A DNA stretch of 64,000 nt, taken from IMG/VR virus record IMGVR_UViG_3300032257_000006, positions 14,953 through 78,952 of that record. One strand, 5' to 3'. Shown piece after piece: positions 33,516 to 43,901 of the stretch. This stretch comes from a virus (Duplodnaviria; Caudoviricetes). The notes below the pieces were generated by a model. The model made no database searches and was not told where the DNA came from. It saw nothing but the letters and a program-made list of their open reading frames with translations. Position 1 is the stretch's first letter. Every line of letters begins with the position of its first letter. Both the position numbers and the translations under genes were made by a program.

Positions 33516-36500
33516 ATGGCATTTGACATAAATATTGACACCAGCAAAGCGCTGGGGAAAATTAAAACGGTAAATGCCAGCCTAGATGTAATGGCTGCAA
33601 AGATAGTAAAGCTAAACACCAAGGGCCTCGCTCTTGGTGCTGTCGGCCAAAAAGCAGCTGCTTTGAAAGGGTCAGCCGGTACCGGCAGTGTTGCCCTTCA
33701 AGATCTCTCACGTTCAATGTCACAACTCAAAGCCATGTCTTACACTACCAATGAAGGTATTACAGGTGTAAGCAAGCAGATAAGTACGTTCGGTGCGCAG
33801 ACAGCTAAGTCAGGTAAAAATCTGAAACAGTTCAGACAGAACATGAACCACACAGCCAAAGAAGCTGCAGCTTTGCGTGCAGGTATGTATGCGACAGGCA
33901 CTCACTTCGGCGCATTCACTGCACAGACAATTTTGGCAGCCACTGCAACCTATATGCTAGTTAGAGCATTTGTGGCTGTAGTTCAGACAGGTGCTGAGTT
34001 CGAACAGAGCATGGCTAGAGCTAACGCGGTAATGGGCAACACCGGTATGGGAGAAGCAGCTGAACGAGCTGCAACCTTAGAACAGGAAGTCCGTAGACTG
34101 GGCGAGTCCACTGTATTTACAGTGAACGAAGTGGCCGGAGGTCTGGTGTTCTTGGGTATGGCTGGTCTAAATACAGCAGAAGCAACCAAGGCCTTAGAAC
34201 CTGTACTTAACATAGCCTCTATCGGCATGATCGAAATGGCTCGAGCCGCGGATATAGCTACCAACATAATGCTTGGCTTTGACAAAGGTGCGAAAGACTT
34301 AGTAGATATTGTCGACATAATGGCCGTAGCTATTACTAGCAGTAACATGGATATGGAACAATTAGGAAACTCATTGTCCTATGTCGCACCGGTTGCCACG
34401 GCTACTAACAACAGCCTTAAAGATACGGTAGCTACATTAGAGTTATTCCACAATGTAGGTATCAAGTCTAGCCGTGCAGGTACTTCTCTACGCAGAGCCA
34501 TGATCAATCTAAGTAAGCCAACAGAGAAAGTAAGCGCTGTACTTACTAGGTTAGGTGTTACGTTGTTTGATCAGCAAAACAAGATGAAACCACTTGTAAA
34601 TATAATGCGTCAGTTCGTTAAAGCACAAGCGTCTGTGTCAGATATTACAACCATATTCGGGGCCAGAGCCGCTCCAGCATTGTTAAAATTCTACAGCGAC
34701 TTGCAGAAGGAAGTGGATGGTGGCACATCTTCGTTCCAGAAGTTCAGGAACGAGCTGGATGCAGCCGAAGGCCAAGCAGATAAAATACGCGATGGTATAG
34801 AGGACACTTTAGCAGCAGACTGGAAGAAGTTAATATCTGCCATGAGCGAATTGTCTCTACAGATATTCAAGGATATAGTGCCAGGACTACGCTCCATGGT
34901 AGCTGGAGTTACTGAGTTTGTAAGAGCTATGAACGGAGAAGCTATAGTAGAATTTGCTAAAGGAATAGCAGCACTTATAACTACCGTATATTTGCTAGAA
35001 CCTGTAGTGATAGGTGCCATAGCGCTGTTCTCGAAAATGGCAGCCGGTGCAACTATTGCCAGTGTTGCAGTTAAAGGCTTAGCAGCTTCGGCTGCATTCC
35101 TTGCAGGACCTGTAGGTATAGCGATCCTTGCTGTAGGTGCGTTGGCCTATGCAGCAAGTCAGTACAAATCTACGGTAGGCAAAGCTACGGATGCGTCAGA
35201 GATGCATGCAAGGAAACTTGCGGAAGAAGCTGATGCAGCTGATAAGCTAAAAAAACTAAAAGAACAGTTAAACGAACTAGGTCGAGAAGATCTGCTTATA
35301 CGTGCAGCTGCTTACGCAAGTCAGAACGAGAACGCGAGTAAGGCAGAGGCACTGGCCTTGAGGACTCAAGTAGCGTCACAGAGCCGTTTGGTAGAACTAG
35401 CAAGACAGCGGTCTCAAATATCTAAAGACATGGTAAGCGGTAACCTGTCTTCAGATGAAGGCACTGCTCAGATGTCTAGAAACAGATTCCTTACTGACAT
35501 GACTGCCAAGCAGTTAGCCATAGCAACAGGCGAGCTCAATGTAATTAGAGAAGGCCTAGCACCTGCAAAAGAAAAAGCTAAGATAGCCAAGGATGCGTTG
35601 GATCTCTCCAACGCGCAAGTAAAGGCCACAGCTGAAGAAGTTGCTCTTATACGTCAGAAGGCGCGTATGACCGAAGATGCTAGCGGGTCTACTACCATCG
35701 CCAAATCTAAAGAACGTGCAGAGTTATTGTCACGCGAGATAGATATGCAGAAGGCATTAGGGAACATAAACAGCGTAGAGCAGTCAGCAGCTAAAGCCTC
35801 TATATACGCTAACGAACTTAAGTTTGTAAACGGCGAATTGGATACTATTATAGCGCACCAAGAGAACATCGTAGCACTTGCAAAATCTAATGCCTTTGAC
35901 ACTGAAGGGCTAGGCACAGCAGACGCTCAAAGGCTAACTAAAAAATACACGGAAGAGAGAGAAGCTTTAGAGAAATTGCAAAGACAGAAGATAAATTTTG
36001 AAAGAGGTACTAGCAAGAACATTGGTGCTGAAGAAGGTAAGACGTTAGCTCTAGGCGCATCAGTAGATGACAGCCTTAAGAGTGTGTGGCAGAAAGAAAA
36101 AGAAAGTTACGCTGTTAGACTTTCAGCCCTTAGAAAGTTCCATAAGGAGAAAGACATTGTAGGGAAAGAAGCCTCGTTCGCTGAAGCCGAGCTTACGCTG
36201 AAGTCAGGCGCCGCACAGGTTGCAAACGCTGCGCAGTATGTAGGCCAATTGGTCGGTATGGCAGCGCAAGCATCTCAGCGCAAGTATGACATCTCAAGAA
36301 AAGAAGCGGAGAAGAGTTACGAATTGTGGCAGACAGCCAATGATCGTCAGAAAGAATTTAGAGATGCAGCTAACAATGCGCAGACAGCCGGAGATGCGCA
36401 GTACTACAACAACATAGCCAATCAGTACAAGGCCTACGCTTCTCAATACAAGAAACAGTTTGAAGAGCGTGACGCAATTGCTCGTAAGAATTTTGAGAGC

Positions 36501-36917
36501 AACAAGCGCATGCAGATTGCACAGACCAGAATAAATACTATTGCCGGTGCGGCGATGGTACTTTCGCAGCTTGGTTACTGGGGCATCCCAATTGCAGCTG
36601 GGATGGTTAAGCTAGGACAGGACATGGTGTCTGACATCAAGTCCCAGCAATACCAAAGCCCAGGCGGTGGGTCTTCACAGTTCGGCGGCTTGCCATCCGC
36701 TGTAGACAATACTAGCAGCTCAAATATATCTGACGCACCTAGAAGTGATGGTACTAGCAACGCGCTGAATATCTATATAGAAGGCGCGATCACAGAAGAT
36801 ATGATAAATGATGTAGTTATACCTGCAATTCAAGACGGTATAAATGAAAGAGATATTGTACTTATAAGCGGGACAGGTGCAGACTCGGCTCAGTTATCTC
36901 AAGTTAAAGGGTTGTAG
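33516..36917 (+). CDS. tape measure protein (TP901-like core)
   Basis: 1133-aa Ala-rich helical protein; FEQSMARANAV, F.VNEVA.G...L..AG and AGTSLRR motifs. Confidence 0.93.
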   Translation: MAFDINIDTSKALGKIKTVNASLDVMAAKIVKLNTKGLALGAVGQKAAALKGSAGTGSVALQDLSRSMSQLKAMSYTTNEGITGVSKQISTFGAQTAKSGKNLKQFRQNMNHTAKEAAALRAGMYATGTHFGAFTAQTILAATATYMLVRAFVAVVQTGAEFEQSMARANAVMGNTGMGEAAERAATLEQEVRRLGESTVFTVNEVAGGLVFLGMAGLNTAEATKALEPVLNIASIGMIEMARAADIATNIMLGFDKGAKDLVDIVDIMAVAITSSNMDMEQLGNSLSYVAPVATATNNSLKDTVATLELFHNVGIKSSRAGTSLRRAMINLSKPTEKVSAVLTRLGVTLFDQQNKMKPLVNIMRQFVKAQASVSDITTIFGARAAPALLKFYSDLQKEVDGGTSSFQKFRNELDAAEGQADKIRDGIEDTLAADWKKLISAMSELSLQIFKDIVPGLRSMVAGVTEFVRAMNGEAIVEFAKGIAALITTVYLLEPVVIGAIALFSKMAAGATIASVAVKGLAASAAFLAGPVGIAILAVGALAYAASQYKSTVGKATDASEMHARKLAEEADAADKLKKLKEQLNELGREDLLIRAAAYASQNENASKAEALALRTQVASQSRLVELARQRSQISKDMVSGNLSSDEGTAQMSRNRFLTDMTAKQLAIATGELNVIREGLAPAKEKAKIAKDALDLSNAQVKATAEEVALIRQKARMTEDASGSTTIAKSKERAELLSREIDMQKALGNINSVEQSAAKASIYANELKFVNGELDTIIAHQENIVALAKSNAFDTEGLGTADAQRLTKKYTEEREALEKLQRQKINFERGTSKNIGAEEGKTLALGASVDDSLKSVWQKEKESYAVRLSALRKFHKEKDIVGKEASFAEAELTLKSGAAQVANAAQYVGQLVGMAAQASQRKYDISRKEAEKSYELWQTANDRQKEFRDAANNAQTAGDAQYYNNIANQYKAYASQYKKQFEERDAIARKNFESNKRMQIAQTRINTIAGAAMVLSQLGYWGIPIAAGMVKLGQDMVSDIKSQQYQSPGGGSSQFGGLPSAVDNTSSSNISDAPRSDGTSNALNIYIEGAITEDMINDVVIPAIQDGINERDIVLISGTGADSAQLSQVKGL

Positions 36918-36919
36918 AA

Positions 36920-37315
36920 ATGCCAGCAAATATACGCTATACCGCCAAGACGTCTAATAGATTGAGAGCAGGAGTTACCGCAGGTACTGTGCAAATATTG
37001 TCAGCTACTTTAACTGTCTCTGACTTATCTTTTGTAACCGATAAGAAGGCAAGATTTGCGTATGACGGGTCTCCAGAAGTTATAGTTAATGGCGAGCATG
37101 ATGCTCAGAAAATTACTATTAACTATTTAGACGCGACCGATATACTTCAGGCCAGAGAGTGGTACAAGTCTGTCAGCGATGGTACACAGTTCGAATTGGA
37201 TTTAGATGGTACGGACACTTACGCAAACGCTATGTTGACTTCATCCAGCTATAACGAAAGCCGCATAGGCGATACCTTGGAATACTCGATTAGTTTCGAA
37301 ATACGGTGGTTATAA
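36920..37315 (+). CDS. distal tail protein
   Basis: 131 aa directly after the TMP. Confidence 0.6.
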   Translation: MPANIRYTAKTSNRLRAGVTAGTVQILSATLTVSDLSFVTDKKARFAYDGSPEVIVNGEHDAQKITINYLDATDILQAREWYKSVSDGTQFELDLDGTDTYANAMLTSSSYNESRIGDTLEYSISFEIRWL

Positions 37316-40300
37316 ATGAAGGAAGTAAACGGCTTATATGCCTCTCACCTAGACGAGCCAGTAAAGCACCCTAGAGTAACCATAGCTATCTCATTTGATT
37401 CAGCTGATACAGATATAGTATATGTGACTAGTCATGAAGACGGCATAGGCCCAGCCGGCGAATTGGTGATCCAAGGTGTCATTGAGAAAAATTCTTTATC
37501 CAACCAAACTCAAAAAATTGACGTACAGACAGCTACTAGTACCATCGGTAAACTGTCGTTTAATTTAGTTGATAGAGGAGGTCAAATATCTGACCTTCTA
37601 GGCGACAAAGAATTACTAGGGTTCGGGCTACGTTACAAACAAGTTGCCGTCTACTCTGGATATAAGAACGACCCATGGGAAGCTTACGAGCTAGACACCA
37701 CTGGAATAGTGGAGAATATAGACCAGGAAGAAAAGCTGTTCAAATTCTCAGCTACCGATGTGCATAGACTTGCCAGAACTAAAATATTTTCGGTAACGAC
37801 TCAGTATTTACGAGCCGGCATAGCCGCCAATCAAAAAACTTGTCAGCTAACAGCCACCAACTTTACGGCGATAGTAAACACGATAACACTAACTGCAGGT
37901 ACGTACACCGGTTTGGATTTAGTGCCAGGTTCTACTATAGATGTAACTGGGTCAGTATCAAATAATGGCGCGTTTACTATAGCCGAAGTAATCTCAGAAA
38001 CTGAGATAAAAGTAAACGAACCACTGGTTACTGAAGCTGTAGTGGCTACAGTTGATCACGTATTCCGTATATTGCTTACAGGAAGTGACCTGACAAACTA
38101 TCAAGGGGTAGAACATGACGCTGAGTATGATGCATGGCCCAACGACACTGTAGCATTGGTCACCATAGACGGTGAAATATTCTTACATGACGGCCCTGTA
38201 AATGATCCGAATTTTGGTTATTGTTTAGAAGTTAGAGAGAATGGCCGAGGCGTGCTCAATACAGCAACTAAGTCACATAACTATGACTCAGGAGCAAAAG
38301 CCGAGGCTCAGCCGGAAGTTAAAGAAGTAGTGTATCTAGAAGGCGCTGCACCTAAGCTGGCACTGGCCCTATTAACGGGAACACTGTATGGCCAGACAGG
38401 ATCATTGCCAGACAACTGGAACTGCGGGGTACCTCCTAAATTTGTACGTACCTCTGAGTTTGTAAATATTGGTGTAGATTTATGGGACCCTGCTACAGAC
38501 AAAGGTAGAAAGCTCCAGTTCATTACTACCAAGGAAGTATCTGGGAAAGACTTTATAGAGAAGCAGATAATGCTGTGGCTTGGCACAGTCATGATTATCC
38601 ATGCTGACGGGTCATTAGGACTTAAGAAAATACCGGCAATGAACAGCCAGACCGGCTTCACTGCAGTGCTTGATGATTCTGTCAGTTACAAGCGCGACGT
38701 ATTGAAGCGCCCTATGGCTAAGTTACTAAATAATGTAGCTATAAATTGGGGCAAGATTGCACTAAAAGATGAGTATACCAAGACAAGTCAACTGGTCGAT
38801 GCTACTAGCATAGCTGTGCATGGGTTAAATGCACCGAAGACATTTAATTTTGAAGGTGTGCGTCTTGGCGTACATACTGATGAGAATATAAGAGATTACT
38901 TAAGAGTTTGGAGAGACCTGTACTCGTCACCGCCTTACGAATTGACTGTAACCGTAATGCACAAGATGCTTAGGGTAGAAGTCGGAGACTCCGTAAGAGT
39001 AGTAATGCCGAACCATGTTGACGTCATAAAGAAAACACCTTTTGACAGAGTTATGATGGTCACATCTGCTGCGTACAATTCAATAAACGGAGATGTGAGA
39101 CTAAGCCTTATAGGTCCAAGCAGCTCACCAACACCGTTAGCCGCTGTAAGTGCGTCAGCTAAGTTAGGTGCTGGCTACTATTCGCCAGGTGGAGCAGCCA
39201 GAGAATTAGGTGCAGCAGTAGTCGCTGGCGGAGGGACAATAGTTGGAGGCGTGATTACAGGAAATTGTATACTTGCCGGTGACGACAGTATGAACGCATT
39301 AAGCTCTGTCTTTTATTACAACGGTGATTTAGAGATAGGGTCTGGTGTAGTTGTAAGTCTATTTAATAATGTAAACTTTAGGATAGACGGGAACTTTACT
39401 GTCAATGGTAATATAAATTCATTAGGGTCACCCAATCTAGGCGGCCTCTATGATGGATCTACTCACCCAATTACCGGTGTGGCAGGCAGTACCATAACCT
39501 CATCTGAACCTCTGGATAGCATAAATATAGGGGATCTGGTTACAGCGAATATCACAAATTACTACCAGACTGGAGAGCCTCCAGTTGGCCGGTATTTCTT
39601 AGTAGCCGATAAGCCTACAGCCAATTCTATAACAGTAACCTTCCCTGACGGAGGCAGTGTAGAAGCGAGCGCCTCTATCCTTTACAGAGTAGAGCCTTAC
39701 TATACCCCTGCCAATATACAATCGGACGTCATAGGTGATTCTGCCTTTGGTACCAATATAGGATTAGCTGGAGCCAGTTTAACTGTATTTAGCAACTCTA
39801 CAATGCGTGTGGCAAGTTCGGGATACGGTAGGACTGAATCTGAATCTGGTGGCATAGGTGACTTCTCCAGACATTTAAGCATAGTAAATGAAGGTTCAGA
39901 AATCGTAGGCCTACCTGACAAGTTCACAGGTACCGGAGGTACTGGAGGGTATCCGGTAACCTCGTATATAAGTGGTGATTACTATGCCACTCACAATAAA
40001 ATACTGGCCTCAGGCGGCAGAGGCGGGGCTGGCGGAGCGGGGTTACTGGTCGTCTGTAAAGGCTCTAGCTTTGGCGTCAATTCAAATATAGACCTAAGCG
40101 GAGAAACAGGTTTAGTACCTGACGTTTACACAGCGTCAAACTATTCTTTATCTATATCAGTTAATATATATGCTGGAGCTGGGAGAGGAGGAAACCCAGG
40201 CGCACTTTATATTATGCATGACGGAGACTACACCACTCCCTCACTGGAATTGTATGTCACATCGCAACAAGGCTCCTCACCATCTTTAGGGACAGGTGTA

Positions 40301-42763
40301 AACTCCACTTCGCCGGTCCCTATGGTAAACGGGGCCAGTTACAGAAGTCTTGATAGACCTTATTGGGACACCTATATTTACACCAGTGAAGATGCTCAGT
40401 TCCAGTACATCCCTGCAAGCGAGGTACCGGTAGGTGAACCTGTAGAGATAGCCGAACGAGCTGCCAGCCTAGGATTAGTAGAAGTATTAAATACACCTAA
40501 ATCTGCCGAAGGTAATTTATCTAGTATAGAGGTTACAGTAACGGCCCCTTCAGATACTGCCTATGATTATGCAAATGTCTACTATAGAAAGGCCGGCGAA
40601 ACACAATGGTCTTTCTTAGCACCTGCAGCTGGAGCTGCAGTAGAAGTGGTTCAGGTAGTTGTAAGTGACGGGTTGACTTGGGAATACCAAGCCAGAGCCG
40701 TGTCACAGTTAGGTGTAGAAGACCAAGACGGTATAGTTGCAAGTATTACAGTTACTGACATAGTGACAGCCCCTCCAGCTGATCCAGTATTGCCAATAGC
40801 ATTGCCGTTAGATACACCAGGCAATTTAGCGTTACTTGGCGGCGGTGCTGAGTTCACCGGAAAGTCTTGTCACATTACTTGGGGCTACAATGCGGCTAAC
40901 GATACAACACCGCAGCACTTCCTGCATTATCAGGTAGAGGTATACAATGCGTTTGGCGGGGACACACTCCAACGCACATTGTTTACAATCAATCCGTGGC
41001 TAGAATATACGGAACAAATGGCGACTGAGGATGGTGGCCCGTACCGTGAACTTAGATTCGATATAACATCTATTGCTAGACAAGGCCATACCGGTGCGAC
41101 GGCAACAGCTACGTTTACTAACCCTCAAGCGGGAGCTCCAGCCGCGGCTACACTACGAGGCGTATTGTCAGCTATCCAATTAGATATTACATTGCCTGTA
41201 GAGAGTGATCTGGCCGGTATTCTGGTATATATAAGCAATACGCCAGGATTTACAGCGGACGCTAATACGTTGGTGTTTGATGGACAATCTACTTCACTGT
41301 ATCTAACACAATGGGCTTCTGGAGGCGTGCTGGCTGATGTAGCAGCAGGGACTACTTACTACGTACGGTACGGGCTTTATGATTCGTTCGACAAGACAGG
41401 GGTTACACTATCGGCAGAGCAGTCGGTTGTCCCAGCTGCCATATCAGGCGCTGTAGATGCTAATGACATTACCGGCTTAGGTGAGTGGGCTACTAGAATC
41501 ACCGATGTAGATGCTGCGTTTATTGCAGCCAATATGCTAGCCGACGCTATAACCTCAACGCAGATAGCATCGATTGTTGCAGGTAAGATCGCTACCGGTA
41601 CATTGTCATCTACCATGACTGTAAGTGGGTTGATTACTACTGCAGCCTCTGGCTGGCGTGTAGAGATGGGGCCGGTAATAGACGGTGGTACGTATGTACT
41701 TAGATATCACGATGGTTTGGGCGATACTCGATTCTCTATCGATCAGCTAGGTAATGTCGTTGTAAACGGCTCGATCACTGTCACCAACCCAGGCGATGTA
41801 CGGACTACCTTGAATGTAGCTGACGGGTCTACTGCTGGCGCTACTTGGGGCGTAGATATTGGCGGCTCAAACTTACCAGCCAACAATGCTGACGTAACCC
41901 AGACATCACTTATAGCCGGTACCACGATAACTGGCGGAGGTATAACACTTAGTGGCGGTGGCGCTATAAATGCAGGTAAGCTAACTGCAGCATCTACCAC
42001 TAAAGGGTTCTGGCTTGGTTGGGACGGTGTAGCCAACTACGACTTTCATATAGGTGACGCTAATAACTACCTTAGATGGGATGGCTCAGCAAATTCATTG
42101 TCAATACGAGGTTCTCTTATAGCCTCAAGCTTAGCTACTTCGACCACTGGAAGACGTACTGAAATAAATGTGGCATCCTCTAATGAGATACAGTTTTACG
42201 ATGATCTCGGGGCAGGCGTAGTATTGGCAGCTACTGTAGGCCTTGACTTCTACGATGGAGATCATGCAATAATAACTGCCGGTAATCTATTGGCAGGTAC
42301 AGCCACTGTAGGGGTACGCGGGGTAACAGGGTCTGGTACAGGTGTACTTGGAAGGGCAAGTTCTGGTGCAGGGGTACAAGGATTTTCTTATACTGGCTAT
42401 GCCGTAGCTGGAGAAGGTGGAGGCGTTACAGGGGCTGGCGTATATGGACAGAACACTGACGGGCCTGGCGTAAAAGGACATTGTCTAGGCACTAAGAATG
42501 GCGGATACTTCTCAAGTGTCAGCGGCCACGGACTGTATGGGTTCTCACTAGCAGCAGATAAGTTTGCAGTAGTAGGCCAAGCTGCAGACGGTTACGGAGG
42601 GTACTTCGATGCAGGCACTGGCCCTGCTCAGATAGTCCTCTTGCCTTCAACCTCGTCAGCTACTCCAGTTCATGTCGCCCTAAAAGGGTCGCTTTGGATG
42701 ACATCTTTAGGTTGGGTATATTCAAACACTAACGGTTCGACAGCTTGGACAAGAATAGGATAA
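37316..42763 (+). CDS. tail tip / central fibre protein (host specificity, J-like)
   Basis: 1815 aa; hub-like N-terminus, FN3-like segments, ITSTQIASIVAGKI repeat, Gly-rich C-terminal repeats. Confidence 0.85.
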   Translation: MKEVNGLYASHLDEPVKHPRVTIAISFDSADTDIVYVTSHEDGIGPAGELVIQGVIEKNSLSNQTQKIDVQTATSTIGKLSFNLVDRGGQISDLLGDKELLGFGLRYKQVAVYSGYKNDPWEAYELDTTGIVENIDQEEKLFKFSATDVHRLARTKIFSVTTQYLRAGIAANQKTCQLTATNFTAIVNTITLTAGTYTGLDLVPGSTIDVTGSVSNNGAFTIAEVISETEIKVNEPLVTEAVVATVDHVFRILLTGSDLTNYQGVEHDAEYDAWPNDTVALVTIDGEIFLHDGPVNDPNFGYCLEVRENGRGVLNTATKSHNYDSGAKAEAQPEVKEVVYLEGAAPKLALALLTGTLYGQTGSLPDNWNCGVPPKFVRTSEFVNIGVDLWDPATDKGRKLQFITTKEVSGKDFIEKQIMLWLGTVMIIHADGSLGLKKIPAMNSQTGFTAVLDDSVSYKRDVLKRPMAKLLNNVAINWGKIALKDEYTKTSQLVDATSIAVHGLNAPKTFNFEGVRLGVHTDENIRDYLRVWRDLYSSPPYELTVTVMHKMLRVEVGDSVRVVMPNHVDVIKKTPFDRVMMVTSAAYNSINGDVRLSLIGPSSSPTPLAAVSASAKLGAGYYSPGGAARELGAAVVAGGGTIVGGVITGNCILAGDDSMNALSSVFYYNGDLEIGSGVVVSLFNNVNFRIDGNFTVNGNINSLGSPNLGGLYDGSTHPITGVAGSTITSSEPLDSINIGDLVTANITNYYQTGEPPVGRYFLVADKPTANSITVTFPDGGSVEASASILYRVEPYYTPANIQSDVIGDSAFGTNIGLAGASLTVFSNSTMRVASSGYGRTESESGGIGDFSRHLSIVNEGSEIVGLPDKFTGTGGTGGYPVTSYISGDYYATHNKILASGGRGGAGGAGLLVVCKGSSFGVNSNIDLSGETGLVPDVYTASNYSLSISVNIYAGAGRGGNPGALYIMHDGDYTTPSLELYVTSQQGSSPSLGTGVNSTSPVPMVNGASYRSLDRPYWDTYIYTSEDAQFQYIPASEVPVGEPVEIAERAASLGLVEVLNTPKSAEGNLSSIEVTVTAPSDTAYDYANVYYRKAGETQWSFLAPAAGAAVEVVQVVVSDGLTWEYQARAVSQLGVEDQDGIVASITVTDIVTAPPADPVLPIALPLDTPGNLALLGGGAEFTGKSCHITWGYNAANDTTPQHFLHYQVEVYNAFGGDTLQRTLFTINPWLEYTEQMATEDGGPYRELRFDITSIARQGHTGATATATFTNPQAGAPAAATLRGVLSAIQLDITLPVESDLAGILVYISNTPGFTADANTLVFDGQSTSLYLTQWASGGVLADVAAGTTYYVRYGLYDSFDKTGVTLSAEQSVVPAAISGAVDANDITGLGEWATRITDVDAAFIAANMLADAITSTQIASIVAGKIATGTLSSTMTVSGLITTAASGWRVEMGPVIDGGTYVLRYHDGLGDTRFSIDQLGNVVVNGSITVTNPGDVRTTLNVADGSTAGATWGVDIGGSNLPANNADVTQTSLIAGTTITGGGITLSGGGAINAGKLTAASTTKGFWLGWDGVANYDFHIGDANNYLRWDGSANSLSIRGSLIASSLATSTTGRRTEINVASSNEIQFYDDLGAGVVLAATVGLDFYDGDHAIITAGNLLAGTATVGVRGVTGSGTGVLGRASSGAGVQGFSYTGYAVAGEGGGVTGAGVYGQNTDGPGVKGHCLGTKNGGYFSSVSGHGLYGFSLAADKFAVVGQAADGYGGYFDAGTGPAQIVLLPSTSSATPVHVALKGSLWMTSLGWVYSNTNGSTAWTRIG

Positions 42764-42767
42764 TATT

Positions 42768-43037
42768 ATGGCACTTGAAGATAACGTAGTAGACGATATA
42801 CGCGGAGGCACATACCAAAACGCATATCACAAGTTGGCGCAAGTTGCGTGGTCTGACATAAATAAACAGGTAATCGCCACGTTTTCAGTATTCGCTACAC
42901 CGACAGCTGAAGCAGAAGGGAAAGAAGTAGTGTCGTCCATACAGGTGGATGTGACTGACTTATTCCCAGACATCCAAAAGAAAATTTACGAGAAGGCAAA
43001 ACTAGATCCCGCATTCAACGACCCGAAAGACGTTTAA
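42768..43037 (+). CDS. hypothetical protein (possible fibre chaperone)
   Basis: 89 aa after the tail tip gene. Confidence 0.65.
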   Translation: MALEDNVVDDIRGGTYQNAYHKLAQVAWSDINKQVIATFSVFATPTAEAEGKEVVSSIQVDVTDLFPDIQKKIYEKAKLDPAFNDPKDV

Positions 43038-43059
43038 GACAAAAGCACTGGAGAAACAC

Positions 43060-43260
43060 ATGCAACAGCAAGACCTTAAAAACCAAGTAGAACAAGAAGC
43101 AGCCGGACTAACACTCAAGCTGTACAACATAAAGCAAGAAGAAAAGGCTATCGAGGAGCGACTTAAAGAGTTGTCTATAATGTCGCAGACGCTCGGTAAG
43201 ATAGAACCCAAGAAGACAGAAGGCAAGTTTGTCGAAGATCCTGGCACTGGTCCTGGCTAA
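43060..43260 (+). CDS. small coiled-coil hypothetical protein
   Basis: 66 aa with GGAG RBS. Confidence 0.65.
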   Translation: MQQQDLKNQVEQEAAGLTLKLYNIKQEEKAIEERLKELSIMSQTLGKIEPKKTEGKFVEDPGTGPG

Positions 43261-43325
43261 AGATAATAGTTAGCAATTTTTTCACACACATGGCAGAATA
43301 CTGCTGAACAACACTGGAGAATGTT

Positions 43326-43499
43326 ATGAAGGGCACTTCACAACCAAAGACACAACTATTTGGACTTGTTAGAGATAAAGACGGCAAGCCAAAAATTGAT
43401 GACCTAGACAATATCCCGAAACCTATTTGGGACATGTTAACTCGAGAAGAGCAAGAGGAAATATCCCATGGCCGTAACTCACACAGCAGCAATTCGTAA
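43326..43499 (+). CDS. small hypothetical protein (57 aa, below track cutoff)
   Basis: MKGTSQPKTQLFGLVRDKDGKPKIDD...; GGAG RBS. Confidence 0.6.
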   Translation: MKGTSQPKTQLFGLVRDKDGKPKIDDLDNIPKPIWDMLTREEQEEISHGRNSHSSNS

Positions 43500-43830
43500 C
43501 ACACTAGCTAACGCTATCCTGACAGCTATCGGTGCTTCAGGTGTCTTATCATTTGAGACAACTGGCGGAGCGGGTGTGGTAGCAACACTACCGTTGGCGG
43601 TAACAGCAGGTACTGTGTCTGGTGCAGTGCTTACGTTCAACCCAATCGATTCAGATACGAACGCAGCTGGCGGGACTATAGCTGAGTTCGCTATCCAAAC
43701 ATCAGCACTGACTGATATATTCCGTGGCGATGTTAGTACATCTGGCGCAGATATCAATCTATCAAGCTTAGTTATCGCACCCAGCGATACAGTAGCTGTG
43801 ACTTCTCTTACTTATACAGCCCCTGTATAG
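43468..43830 (+). CDS. virion structural protein
   Basis: 120-aa Ala/Thr/Gly-rich; AIRNTLANAI...GADINLSS...V.VTSLTY. Confidence 0.7.
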   Translation: MAVTHTAAIRNTLANAILTAIGASGVLSFETTGGAGVVATLPLAVTAGTVSGAVLTFNPIDSDTNAAGGTIAEFAIQTSALTDIFRGDVSTSGADINLSSLVIAPSDTVAVTSLTYTAPV

Positions 43831-43901
43831 TCAAGACAGACTTGCAGCGTTGCTGCAAGTCTTTCACCAATTGTAAAGTAGCAATTATGTAAGGAAGATC
43901 A